Shown here: piece after piece, positions 15,916-25,063 of the stretch
How positions within the stretch are numbered: position 1 is the stretch's first letter
Layout of the letters: the number at the start of each line of letters is the position of its first letter
Source: a virus
DNA: 42,538 bases
UHGV virus genome: UHGV-0192467
Direction: 5' to 3' (one strand)
Translations under genes and position numbers: made by a program
The notes under the pieces: model-generated
Seen by the model: the letters and a program-made list of their open reading frames with translations, nothing else
Told to the model about the DNA's origin: nothing
The model's database searches: none

Positions 15916-16226
15916 AAACCAAAGATATGATGGTCTTTGACTGGGACAAGGCCGCACGGCTGATTGCGCAGAGAAAGCCTCGGATTGCGATGGCTGGGCT
16001 GCGCGGGGACTGGGAATTTACCGGCGGCGTGATCTATGAGGACGGGAAACTGATCACGGACAAGTACACCTACCTCGCGTCTCCGTGGGCCATCCCGGAG
16101 CTTGACATGGACGGAGAAACCGTAGCTTGTTTCCGCTTTGCGTCACAAACGCCGAGGTGGGATGCGCATACCAAATGGCCCAAGAGCGCGGTGGAAATCT
16201 ATAGGGAGCAGCTTGAGGAGGGTTGA
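15912..16226 (+). CDS. hypothetical protein
   Basis: ATGA overlap; MVFDWDKAARLI. Confidence 0.7.
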   Translation: MKTKDMMVFDWDKAARLIAQRKPRIAMAGLRGDWEFTGGVIYEDGKLITDKYTYLASPWAIPELDMDGETVACFRFASQTPRWDAHTKWPKSAVEIYREQLEEG

Positions 16227-16228
16227 CA

Positions 16229-16372
16229 ATGGCGATTGCCGGAATTCTGTATTTCGTTTGGCCGCTCTTATATGCTTTGATGGCGGGAGAAGAATTTTCA
16301 TGCAATATGATGGCTTTGACCGCGGCAATTGTTGTTGCCGGTGCTTTGGCTGGGCGAAAGGGGGACGTGTAA
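16229..16372 (+). CDS. small two-TM protein
   Basis: GAGGAGG RBS; 47 aa hydrophobic; translated by hand. Confidence 0.55.
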   Translation: MAIAGILYFVWPLLYALMAGEEFSCNMMALTAAIVVAGALAGRKGDV

Positions 16373-16512
16373 TGATCGCCATCTGGATCGCAATCGGTGT
16401 CGTCGCCGCGCTGGGCCTTGTGACGGTGTACGCCTGCATCGTCGCCGGGAGCGACGTGGACGATGAATATGAGCGGTGGAAAGAGACGAGGCATAAGGAG
16501 GAGGACGAATGA
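16372..16512 (+). CDS. small single-TM protein
   Basis: TAATG overlap; MIAIWIAIGVVAALGLV. Confidence 0.6.
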   Translation: MIAIWIAIGVVAALGLVTVYACIVAGSDVDDEYERWKETRHKEEDE

Positions 16513-17433
16513 ATGCTGATGCAGCAGATCATCGGCGCGGACGGGGTCATCCGCACGAAGCTGGATATCGCAATCCATCGATTTAAGTCGTTTGAGCCGC
16601 CGGAGGGCTACTATCTCGCCTTCTCTGGCGGCAAGGACAGTCAGTGTATCTATCACCTTGCAAAGATGGCAGGCGTAAAATTCGACGCTCATTACAACGT
16701 GACCAGCGTCGATCCTCCAGAGCTTATCTATTTCATCCGTGAGCATTATCCCGACGTAATCTTCAATTATCCCAGAGACAAGGATGGTAAGCGGATTACG
16801 ATGTGGAATCTCATTGTCAAAAACAAAATACCGCCCACGCGGCTCGCGAGATATTGCTGCCAATCGCTCAAGGAATCTCAGGGCAAAGGGCGAATCACAG
16901 TCACGGGCGTTCGCTGGGCAGAATCGACGCGGAGAAGAGCCAATCAGGACGTCGTAAACATCCAGAACAAGCCCAAATCAACGCGGAAACTCGCCGAGGA
17001 CGTGGGAGTAAATTATCGACTGAATAAAAACAAAGGCGTAATACTCAATGATGACAACGATCCGAGCCGCAGAATGGTCGAGCAGTGCTACCGCACACAG
17101 AAGACGCTGGTCAATCCCATTGTTGACTGGGAAGACGAAGAAGTATGGGAATTTTTGAACAACGTTGTGAAAGTCCCGCATTGCTGCCTGTACGACGAGG
17201 GGTTTGCCCGCATCGGATGTATTGGATGTCCTCTCGCCAAACAGAAACAACAGCGCGAACAGTTTAAGCGCTATCATAAATATCGCGAAATATATGTCAG
17301 AGCTTTTGACCGTATGATAAAAAAACGTAAAGAGGACGGACTACCGACCACTTGGGAAACCGCCGAGGACGTCATGTCATGGTGGGTAGGAGCGTCTGAA
17401 AACAAGAAAGATAAGGAGGAGGACGAAAAATGA
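16513..17433 (+). CDS. PAPS reductase-family (PP-loop) protein
   Basis: FSGGKDS, RYCC, GVRWAES..R, NPIVDW, RIGCIGCP. Confidence 0.9.
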   Translation: MLMQQIIGADGVIRTKLDIAIHRFKSFEPPEGYYLAFSGGKDSQCIYHLAKMAGVKFDAHYNVTSVDPPELIYFIREHYPDVIFNYPRDKDGKRITMWNLIVKNKIPPTRLARYCCQSLKESQGKGRITVTGVRWAESTRRRANQDVVNIQNKPKSTRKLAEDVGVNYRLNKNKGVILNDDNDPSRRMVEQCYRTQKTLVNPIVDWEDEEVWEFLNNVVKVPHCCLYDEGFARIGCIGCPLAKQKQQREQFKRYHKYREIYVRAFDRMIKKRKEDGLPTTWETAEDVMSWWVGASENKKDKEEDEK

Positions 17434-17873
17434 ACCACGTAACCCTGATCGGCCGTCTGGCCGCCGACCCTGAGGCGCACACGACCCAGAGCGGCATCTC
17501 CCAGTGCAGCTTCCGCTTGGCTGTGCCGCGGCGCTTCGCCAACCAGCAGGGCGTGCGCGAAGCAGATTTTCTCAATATCGTGGCGTGGCGCGGGACGGCG
17601 GATTTCTGCGCGCGGTATTTTCACAAGGGCATGCGCGTGGGCGTGGAGGGCAGCCTCCAGACGCGCTCGTGGCAGGCGCAGGACGGCTCCAAACGCTATG
17701 CCGTTGAGGTGATCGCGGACAATGTGGAGTTCTGCGAGAGCCGGGAGGGCGGCGGAGCGGCTCCCGCCCCCGCCTCTACCGCTCCTGCCGCGCCTGCGCA
17801 TCAGATGAGCATGCGCGAGGCGCCGCCGCAGGAGGGCTTCACCGAGGTGGAGGACGACGAGCTGCCATTCTAA
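17430..17873 (+). CDS. ssb: single-stranded DNA-binding protein
   Basis: MNHVTLIGRL OB fold; acidic tail DDELPF. Confidence 0.97.
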   Translation: MNHVTLIGRLAADPEAHTTQSGISQCSFRLAVPRRFANQQGVREADFLNIVAWRGTADFCARYFHKGMRVGVEGSLQTRSWQAQDGSKRYAVEVIADNVEFCESREGGGAAPAPASTAPAAPAHQMSMREAPPQEGFTEVEDDELPF

Positions 17874-18034
17874 CGCGCTAAAGTGGCTGCCAGCAGTACG
17901 CGGGGAGATTTGAGAGCGTCTCCCTGCGTATTCCCGGCGGCGGGAACCTGTAGCGGGGACGGGCCCGCTTTTCGGGGCTTGTATGGAGTGGTAACAATTC
18001 TTACATTATATATGGAGCATCGGAGGACGAGACG

Positions 18035-19018
18035 ATGAAAAAGACGGCGGGAAGGATCGACGCGGCGGCCTACGAAGTACTGGCGGCAGCCTATGCAAAG
18101 GCGAGCACGGAGGTGTGCCAGGAGGCGGTGGGCGCCTATCGCACCAAGACGACGCGGGCGGGGGAATTTATCTATGTGAGCTGCTACCCGCTGATCTCAT
18201 CCGGAGCCAGCCGGGCGCAGAAGGACAGGCTGGAGGAGCTGCGCAGCGGGAAGGCGAGCGTCGCCGCCCGAGGGAAATACGACCGCTACAACAACAAGCG
18301 CCGGCAGGAGCGGTGCGAGCAGCTGGCGCATGCGAATTTCGGACGCGGGGATTTCCACGTGACGCTGACCTACGAGGTGGAGGACTGGGATCGGCGGAGC
18401 GACCGAAACCCCATCGACCAGCGCACCCGGGAGGAGGCCAAGCGGGAGCTGACCAACTGGCTTGCGCGGGTGCGGCGGCGGCTGCGCCGGTACGGATGCG
18501 ACCTGTCGAAATTCAAGTGGCTGCGGGTGACGGTGACCAGGGCGGGAAACAACGAGGGCCAGAGGGAGCGCCCGGAGACGCACCATCACCACGTGCTGCT
18601 GGGCGGCGTGCCCGAGGAGCTGCGGGGAGAGATCGAGCGGCTCTGGCCATACGGCTACTGCAACGCCGACCGGCTACAGCCGGACGACAAGGGCATCGCG
18701 GCGGTGGCTCAATACATCGCCAAGCAGGAGGGATCGGCCAACGGCCAGCACAGCCGAAAGGAAAAGAGCTGGTCGGGATCGCGAAATCTGAAGCAGCCGG
18801 CGACCACCACCAGCGACAGCCGAATTTCCCGCCGGCGGGTGAGCCGGATTGCGGCGGACGTTCGGCGGGCGGGACGGGAAATCTTTGAAGCGGTCTATCC
18901 AGGCTATCGCACGGTGGAGGAGCCGACGGTGGCGCTGAGCGACTTCTGCGCGGGCGCGTACATACGGGCGAAGCTGAGGATTAAAAACAGAGCGGCGGAA
19001 GGGAGAGGCGCGGCATGA
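18035..19018 (+). CDS. HUH-family replication-initiator-like protein
   Basis: FHVTLTY motif 1, HHHVLL HUH motif, YIAK catalytic Tyr, WSGSRNL. Confidence 0.75.
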   Translation: MKKTAGRIDAAAYEVLAAAYAKASTEVCQEAVGAYRTKTTRAGEFIYVSCYPLISSGASRAQKDRLEELRSGKASVAARGKYDRYNNKRRQERCEQLAHANFGRGDFHVTLTYEVEDWDRRSDRNPIDQRTREEAKRELTNWLARVRRRLRRYGCDLSKFKWLRVTVTRAGNNEGQRERPETHHHHVLLGGVPEELRGEIERLWPYGYCNADRLQPDDKGIAAVAQYIAKQEGSANGQHSRKEKSWSGSRNLKQPATTTSDSRISRRRVSRIAADVRRAGREIFEAVYPGYRTVEEPTVALSDFCAGAYIRAKLRIKNRAAEGRGAA

Positions 19019-19434
19019 CGGCGAGGGAATATCTGGGGCAGGCGCAGAAGCTGATGCGGCAGGCGGAGGCGAAGACAGAGCAGCTGATCCGGCTGCGCGC
19101 GCTGGCGGAGCGGACGACGGCGGCCTACGGCATGGACGCGGGCTGCGGCTCCGGCACGGCGGACCGGCGCGCGGAGATCGTGGCGCGGATCGTGGACATG
19201 GAGCAGGATCTGACCGCGCAGAACGCCGAACTGCTGCGGGCGTGGAACGAGATCGCGGGGCGAATCGGCCAGATGCCCGAGGAGACCCACCGGACGCTGC
19301 TTCAGTTGCGCTATCTGTGCGGAGAATCCTTTACGTGCATCGGGGAGAAAATGGGCTACTGCGAGCGGCAGGTGCGCCGTCTGCACGGGCAGGCGCTGCG
19401 GGCGTTTGAGCGTCGAATGGACAGAACGGCATGA
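19015..19434 (+). CDS. ArpU/RinA-like late transcription activator
   Basis: MTAREYL...LLQLRYL...IGEKMGYCERQVRRLHGQAL; immediately before terS. Confidence 0.85.
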   Translation: MTAREYLGQAQKLMRQAEAKTEQLIRLRALAERTTAAYGMDAGCGSGTADRRAEIVARIVDMEQDLTAQNAELLRAWNEIAGRIGQMPEETHRTLLQLRYLCGESFTCIGEKMGYCERQVRRLHGQALRAFERRMDRTA

Positions 19435-19445
19435 TTTTTGGGAAC

Positions 19446-19491
19446 ATGTCCGCAGATGTCCTTGAATGTCCGGTTTGAAATGTGGTATAGT
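19446..19491 (+). promoter_or_regulatory. activator-dependent late promoter
   Basis: ATGTCC three times at a 10-bp period (19446, 19456, 19466), then extended -10 TGTGGTATAGT. Confidence 0.7.
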
Positions 19492-19662
19492 TAAACTGCC
19501 GAAAAAAACAGAACACGGAAAGCGGGAAGCGGAGCGCAAAGAATGCGCGCTGTGTCTTTGACGTGGAAAAACGTGGAAAGCGCTCACGGGCACGCGCCCG
19601 CGCGCGAATGAGGATAGCGAAAAAAGCGCAGGCGATTGCGGAAGTGACGGCGCGCGGAAAGG

Positions 19663-20190
19663 ATGGCGGCGAAAATGACGGGAAAGGAACGGCGCTTTGT
19701 GGACGAGTATCTCATCGACCTGAACGCCTACGCGGCGGCGCTGCGGGCGGGCTACAGGCCGGCCACGGCGAAGAACGCCGCCAGCTGGATCGACGGAGCG
19801 CGACCGGGGAAGCCGCAGGTGCGCGAGGCAGTGGAGATGCGCATGGCCGAGCTGTCGAAGCGGACGGGCGTGACGGCGGAGCGGGTGGTGCACGAGCTGG
19901 CGCGCATTGCGTTTGCCAACGCGACGGACGCGGTCGACCCCATCAGCGGCAGAGTGCGCGAGGACGCGGACCGGGACGACACGGCGGCGATCCAGTCGGT
20001 CAAAGTAAAATCAGGCGACGATTTCACCGAGCGCGAGGTCAAATTCGGGGACAAAATCCGGGCACTGGAGCTGCTGGGCAAGCACCTGGGCATGTTTACG
20101 GACGTGGTCAAGGTGGACGGCGCGGTGCCGGTCATCATCGACGACACGGGCGAAGACGAACCGCCTCAGGGGAGGATCGGCCATGAGTGA
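19663..20190 (+). CDS. terS: terminase small subunit
   Basis: RFVDEYLIDLNA..AA.RAGY; DKIRALELLGKHLGMF. Confidence 0.95.
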   Translation: MAAKMTGKERRFVDEYLIDLNAYAAALRAGYRPATAKNAASWIDGARPGKPQVREAVEMRMAELSKRTGVTAERVVHELARIAFANATDAVDPISGRVREDADRDDTAAIQSVKVKSGDDFTEREVKFGDKIRALELLGKHLGMFTDVVKVDGAVPVIIDDTGEDEPPQGRIGHE

Positions 20191-21442
20191 CGCGAGGCTG
20201 CGAAAGCTGATCGCGCCGACGTTTCTGCCGGTGCATCGGGCCATTCGCCGGAGGGAGTGCTCGGAGGTCTGGCTGAGCGGCGGGCGCGGCTCGACGAAAT
20301 CGAGCTTTCTGGCCATTGAGCTGATTCTGGAGCTGCTGCGCAATCCCGAGGCCCATGCCATCGCCTATCGCCGGGTGGCGGCGACGCTGCGGGAATCGGT
20401 GTACGAACAGATCATCAAGGCCATCGGCTGGCTGGGAATGGACGGCTATTTCGAATATCGGCTCTCGCCGCTGGAAATCCGCTACCGGCCCACCGGACAG
20501 CGGATTTTGTTTCGCGGCGCGGACGATCCGGCGAAGAGCAAGTCCATTGCGCTGCGCAGGGGCTATTTTGGGGTAATCTGGTTCGAGGAACTGGCGGAGT
20601 TCCGGGACGCGGACGCGATTCGGACGATACGCGCGTCGGTGATTCGCGGCGGCTTCGACGCGCTGACCTTTTACAGCTACAACCCGCCCAGGAGCGCGGG
20701 CAGCTGGGTCAACAAGGAGGCGCTTCAGCCGAAAAAGCGGCGGCTGGTGCACAAATCCAGCTATCTGGACGTGCCGCGGGAGTGGCTGGGTGACGAGTTT
20801 ATCCGGGAGGCCGAGGCGCTCAGGGCCAGCAACGAGCGGGCGTGGCGCAACATGTACATGGGCGAGGTCACCGGCTCGGGCGGCAACGTATTCGACAACC
20901 TGACCATCCGGGCGCTGTCCGAGGCGGAGAAGGACATTCCGACGATCTACTGCGGGCTGGACTTCGGGTTTGCCGTCGACCCGGACGCTTTCGTGCGCTG
21001 GGGCTACGACCAGCGCCGCCGGGCGCTCATTGCGCTTGACGAATACTACGGGCCGAAAAACTCCGTGGATCGGCTGGCCGAGGCGGTGCGCAGGCGGGCG
21101 GGACACGCGCCGGTGCGCTGCGACAGCGCCGACCCGCGCATGATCGCGGAGCTCAACGCCCGAGGGGTCAGCACCATCGGCGTGAAAAAGGGGCCGGGCA
21201 GCATCGAGCACGGCATGCGATGGCTGGAGGATCTGGGCGAGATCGTCATCGACCCGGAGCGCACGCCGAATATCGCCAGGGAGTTTTCGGCGTATGAGTA
21301 CGAGCTGGACAAGAACGGCAACTTTATCGCCGAGTATCCGGACAAAAACAATCACACCATCGACGCGACGAGATATGCCCTCGAAACGCAGATCGGGAAG
21401 AAGAAACTGCAGAGCATGAGCAAGGGCCTGCTGGGCCTGTGA
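20183..21442 (+). CDS. terL: terminase large subunit (PBSX-like)
   Basis: Walker A GGRGSTKS, Walker B WFEE, YNPP, GLDFG, NHTIDATRY. Confidence 0.97.
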   Translation: MSDARLRKLIAPTFLPVHRAIRRRECSEVWLSGGRGSTKSSFLAIELILELLRNPEAHAIAYRRVAATLRESVYEQIIKAIGWLGMDGYFEYRLSPLEIRYRPTGQRILFRGADDPAKSKSIALRRGYFGVIWFEELAEFRDADAIRTIRASVIRGGFDALTFYSYNPPRSAGSWVNKEALQPKKRRLVHKSSYLDVPREWLGDEFIREAEALRASNERAWRNMYMGEVTGSGGNVFDNLTIRALSEAEKDIPTIYCGLDFGFAVDPDAFVRWGYDQRRRALIALDEYYGPKNSVDRLAEAVRRRAGHAPVRCDSADPRMIAELNARGVSTIGVKKGPGSIEHGMRWLEDLGEIVIDPERTPNIAREFSAYEYELDKNGNFIAEYPDKNNHTIDATRYALETQIGKKKLQSMSKGLLGL

Positions 21443-22818
21443 CGGGAGAGACGAGCATGGACGAAAACGGACGGCTGACGGAGCTGGAAATCCGGGCGTA
21501 TCTGGGAAAACACGCGCCCGAGGCGGCGAGGCGAAAGAAGCTCTTTGACTACTACGACGGCAATCACGCGATCTGCCATCGGCGCTTTGACGACCCGAGC
21601 AAGCCCAACAACCGCGCGAGCCACGGCTATCCCAAGATGATCGCCAACATGTACGCGGGCTATCTGCTGGGCGAGCCGGTGAGCTACACGGCGGGCGTCG
21701 GCGGCGAAAAGCTGGAGGAGAATCTCAACGACGACTACAGCTACAACGACGAGCAGGCGGAGAACAGCCAGCTGGCGCTGGACCTGGCCATCTGCGGCGT
21801 GGGCACGGAAATTCTGTACATCGATGACGACAAGCGCGTGCGATTCAACCGCGTCGACCCCATCGGGTGCATCGCGGTGTGGAGCAGCGACATCGAGGAG
21901 CGGCTGACGGCGCTGATCCGCTACTACGACGTGCCCGAGGTGACGGGGACGCGGGTGACGCGCTGGGTGGAGGTCTACGAGGCGACGACCAAGCGGGTGT
22001 ACACCACAGACCTGCCCGGGCTGGGGCTGACGCTTGTGTCGGACGAGGCGCACTATTTCGGAGACGTGCCGGCCATCGCCTTCAAAAACAACAGCCGCAT
22101 AATGGGCGATTTTGAAAGCGAGATCAGCCTGATCGACGGCTACGACCTGATGCAGTCCGACGCGCTCAACGACGACGAGTATTTTTCCGACGCGTATCTG
22201 ATGCTCCGGGGGATGGGCGGCACCGATGAAGAGGACATCACCGCCATGAAGAAGAACCGCGTGATGCTGCTGCCGCAGGACGGGGACGCGTCCTGGCTGA
22301 TCAAGCAGACCAACGACGCGGCGGCGGAGAACATCAAGACGCGGCTGGACAAGGACATTCATCGCTTTTCCGGCGTGCCCGACATGTCGGACGAGAATTT
22401 TGCCGGAAACGCCAGCGGCGTGGCCATCCGATACAAGCTGCTGGCCTTTGAAAACATCGCCAAGGGCAAGGAGCGGGAGTTTAAGCGCGGGCTCCAGCGG
22501 CGCATCGAGCTGATGTGCAATATCTGGCGGGTGATGGGGCGCGGAAGCTACGACTGGCGCAGCGTGACCATCACGTTTAAGCGCGCGCTGCCGCAGAATC
22601 TGCAGGAGGTGGCGCAGTCGGTGAGCCTGCTGGGCAGCATCGTCAGCGACGAGACCAAGCGCAGCATACTGCCCATCGAGATCGACGAGGACGTGGAAAA
22701 GGAGCGCCTGGCCCAGGAGCGGGAGGCGGGCATGAGCCTTTTCACCGCCGGCGAGATGGACGCGATGTCGGCGGCGGTGAGCGGGACGCAGAACGCGGCG
22801 GAGCGTGAGCAGCCGTGA
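21439..22818 (+). CDS. portal protein (SPP1-like)
   Basis: follows terL; DYYDGNH, FAGNASGVAIRYKL; the start may be ATG 21457. Confidence 0.93.
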   Translation: MTGETSMDENGRLTELEIRAYLGKHAPEAARRKKLFDYYDGNHAICHRRFDDPSKPNNRASHGYPKMIANMYAGYLLGEPVSYTAGVGGEKLEENLNDDYSYNDEQAENSQLALDLAICGVGTEILYIDDDKRVRFNRVDPIGCIAVWSSDIEERLTALIRYYDVPEVTGTRVTRWVEVYEATTKRVYTTDLPGLGLTLVSDEAHYFGDVPAIAFKNNSRIMGDFESEISLIDGYDLMQSDALNDDEYFSDAYLMLRGMGGTDEEDITAMKKNRVMLLPQDGDASWLIKQTNDAAAENIKTRLDKDIHRFSGVPDMSDENFAGNASGVAIRYKLLAFENIAKGKEREFKRGLQRRIELMCNIWRVMGRGSYDWRSVTITFKRALPQNLQEVAQSVSLLGSIVSDETKRSILPIEIDEDVEKERLAQEREAGMSLFTAGEMDAMSAAVSGTQNAAEREQP

Positions 22819-24095
22819 GCGACTACTGGCTTCGGCGCGCCATCGAGGACGAGAAGCGCGCCCACCGAAACGCCCAGGCCACCAACGCCGAGCTGAAGGC
22901 GCTGTATCAGCGGCAGTACAGGCGCATATATGCCCAGATGGAGCGGCTGTACGGGCAGGTGGACTGGGGCGACGGGGAGATGATTACCCGCACGCAGCTC
23001 TGGGAATACAGCCGATGGAAGGATCTGGAAAAGGAGCTTCGGCAGTTTGCCACGGAAACGCCGCGGATCGGCGTGGACAAGATCACAGGCTGTCTGGACA
23101 GGGTTTTCCGGGAGACCATCGGCGCGGACGTCAGCCGATACACCGGCGAAAACGCGGGCATGTTCCGGGTGGGAACCGATCCAACAGCGGTCATCAACAC
23201 GGCGTGGTCGGGGGAGTGCTTTTCCGCGCGCCTATGGAAAAACACCGGCGTGATCGCGGAGCGAATCCGCAGCGACATGGAGGACATGCTGGTCAGCGGG
23301 CGCGGGATGAGCGACATCAAAAAGCGACTGATGGAAGACTTCTCCGTCAGCTACAACGACGCGGCCCGGATTGTGGACACGGAGACCTCCTATGTCATGA
23401 ACAACGCGGCGGTGCAGCGCTATCGCAGCGCGGGGCTGCGCAAGGTGCGCTGGTGCATCGCGCCCGAGGACGGGCGGGAGTGCGAAATCTGCAAGAGCCG
23501 GGCGAACAAGGTCTGGCACATCGACACCGCGCCGACCATGCCGGCGCACCCGCGCTGCCGCTGCGTCTGGCAGGGCGTGGTGGAGCTGCCGGGCGAGGTG
23601 GTGCCCTGCGACGGCGAGGGGGAGACGGCAGAAGAGGCGGCGAAGGCTGCACAAATTCGGCAAATCGAAGCAAAACAGCCCAAAACCGTTGTTAACGCGC
23701 CGGAAACGTGGTATAATAGAACCATAGCAGGAAACCCGGAGAAAGAGCGCAGCTATGCGTCGGCGCTGATCAGAGCGAAGGCCGAATCGAAGATCAAGGG
23801 AACGCTCGAAAAGCCGAAACTGCCCGAATACTATAACAGCATCGGCTTTGATGCAGATCATGTACACGGCGACAGAGGGCGGGACATTTCGCGGGAAGAA
23901 GCGATGGAGTACATGCGAGAAGCGATCGTACAAATAGTCCGCAATGATGGGCGATATGTGAATTATTACTCGGAAAAGGGAGCAGCCTATGTAAAACCGG
24001 GCAAAAAGGCAATACGAACGGCGGTAAGGGCATCTGACTATAAGCCGGATGTACAAAAAATGATGGATGTAATGCTGAAGATGAAAGGAAAATGA
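22815..24095 (+). CDS. MuF/SPP1 gp7-like minor head protein with C-terminal extension
   Basis: FSARLW, RIVDTET, CEIC...PAHPRCRC; ~150-aa lower-GC tail. Confidence 0.85.
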   Translation: MSDYWLRRAIEDEKRAHRNAQATNAELKALYQRQYRRIYAQMERLYGQVDWGDGEMITRTQLWEYSRWKDLEKELRQFATETPRIGVDKITGCLDRVFRETIGADVSRYTGENAGMFRVGTDPTAVINTAWSGECFSARLWKNTGVIAERIRSDMEDMLVSGRGMSDIKKRLMEDFSVSYNDAARIVDTETSYVMNNAAVQRYRSAGLRKVRWCIAPEDGRECEICKSRANKVWHIDTAPTMPAHPRCRCVWQGVVELPGEVVPCDGEGETAEEAAKAAQIRQIEAKQPKTVVNAPETWYNRTIAGNPEKERSYASALIRAKAESKIKGTLEKPKLPEYYNSIGFDADHVHGDRGRDISREEAMEYMREAIVQIVRNDGRYVNYYSEKGAAYVKPGKKAIRTAVRASDYKPDVQKMMDVMLKMKGK

Positions 24096-24286
24096 CAATG
24101 GAAAAGCAGTATGACTATCCGGACGTGCAGTGCCCGCTCATGGGTGGGATAATTGAAAACGAGGTTTGCTTTGACATCTGCCTCGTCGCAGAGGAAACGT
24201 CGCCGGAGTACGAACTCCCAGTGGGAATGGAGTGGACACCGGAGAAGGCGAAAATCTGCATGGAGTGCAAAAACCACATGGATTAA
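24092..24286 (+). CDS. small Cys-rich acidic protein (candidate immunity)
   Basis: ATGA coupling to the MuF gene; CPLM, CFDIC, CMECKNH. Confidence 0.65.
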   Translation: MTMEKQYDYPDVQCPLMGGIIENEVCFDICLVAEETSPEYELPVGMEWTPEKAKICMECKNHMD

Positions 24287-24300
24287 CCAACCGGCATCAG

Positions 24301-24325
24301 GCCGCATCGAGAGATGCGGCTTTTT
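24301..24325 (+). terminator. intrinsic terminator
   Basis: GCCGCATC-GAGA-GATGCGGC-TTTTT. Confidence 0.75.
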
Positions 24326-24421
24326 GTATGCCCTTTTTGGCGGGGGCGGGCGAAAAAGAACAACCGACCAAACGACACGGACTGATGCGGCGGCACAGGA
24401 CGCGCGGAAGGAGAACAGAAA

Positions 24422-25057
24422 ATGGAGAAGGTTTGGAAGAGATGGATGAATCTGCAGCTGTTTGCGGAGGGCGCGGACGCGCCCGATGGAGACGGCGGCG
24501 AACCGGAGCCGGCCGGAACGGAAAAGCCGAAGGAGACGGACGCACCCAAGGAGCGGACGTATACCCAGAGCGAGATGCTCCAGATGCTCCAGTCGGAGAC
24601 GGACAAGCGCGTCTCCCAGGCGCTGGCCAAGCAGAAGCGCGAGTACGAGAAAAAGCTGAGCCTGTCGGGCCTGAGCGAGCAGGAGCGGACGATGGCCGAA
24701 AAGGATCAGCAGATCGCCGAGATGCAGGAGCAGCTGAAGGAGCTGAGCCAGTACAAGACGCGGCAGGCGGTGATGGCGGAGCTGTCCACCCGAGGCATCG
24801 CGACGGAACTGGCCGATCTGATCGCGCTGACGGACGACGAAGCGGAGATGAAAACCCGGCTGGACACGCTGGAGGCGGCGTATCGCAAGGCGGTGGAGGC
24901 TGGCGTGAAGGAGCGCCTGACCGGCGGCGCGCCGGGCAGGGGAAGCGGCTCCGCGCCGACGATGACCCGGGAGGCGTTTCGAAAGCTGCCGCTGATGGAT
25001 CAGCAGAAGCTCTACGAGACCGACCCGGAGACCTACAGAAAAATGACGGAGGGATGA
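24422..25057 (+). CDS. capsid scaffolding protein (DUF4355-like)
   Basis: NLQLFAE motif, TYTQSE, coiled coil; directly before the capsid gene. Confidence 0.85.
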   Translation: MEKVWKRWMNLQLFAEGADAPDGDGGEPEPAGTEKPKETDAPKERTYTQSEMLQMLQSETDKRVSQALAKQKREYEKKLSLSGLSEQERTMAEKDQQIAEMQEQLKELSQYKTRQAVMAELSTRGIATELADLIALTDDEAEMKTRLDTLEAAYRKAVEAGVKERLTGGAPGRGSGSAPTMTREAFRKLPLMDQQKLYETDPETYRKMTEG

Positions 25058-25063
25058 TGACCA

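Noticed and set aside
19500..19660. ORF 19563-20186, or a defined pac/cos site before terS
   Set aside because: The ORF is an off-frame shadow of terS; the purine-rich stretch shows no motif I can assign.
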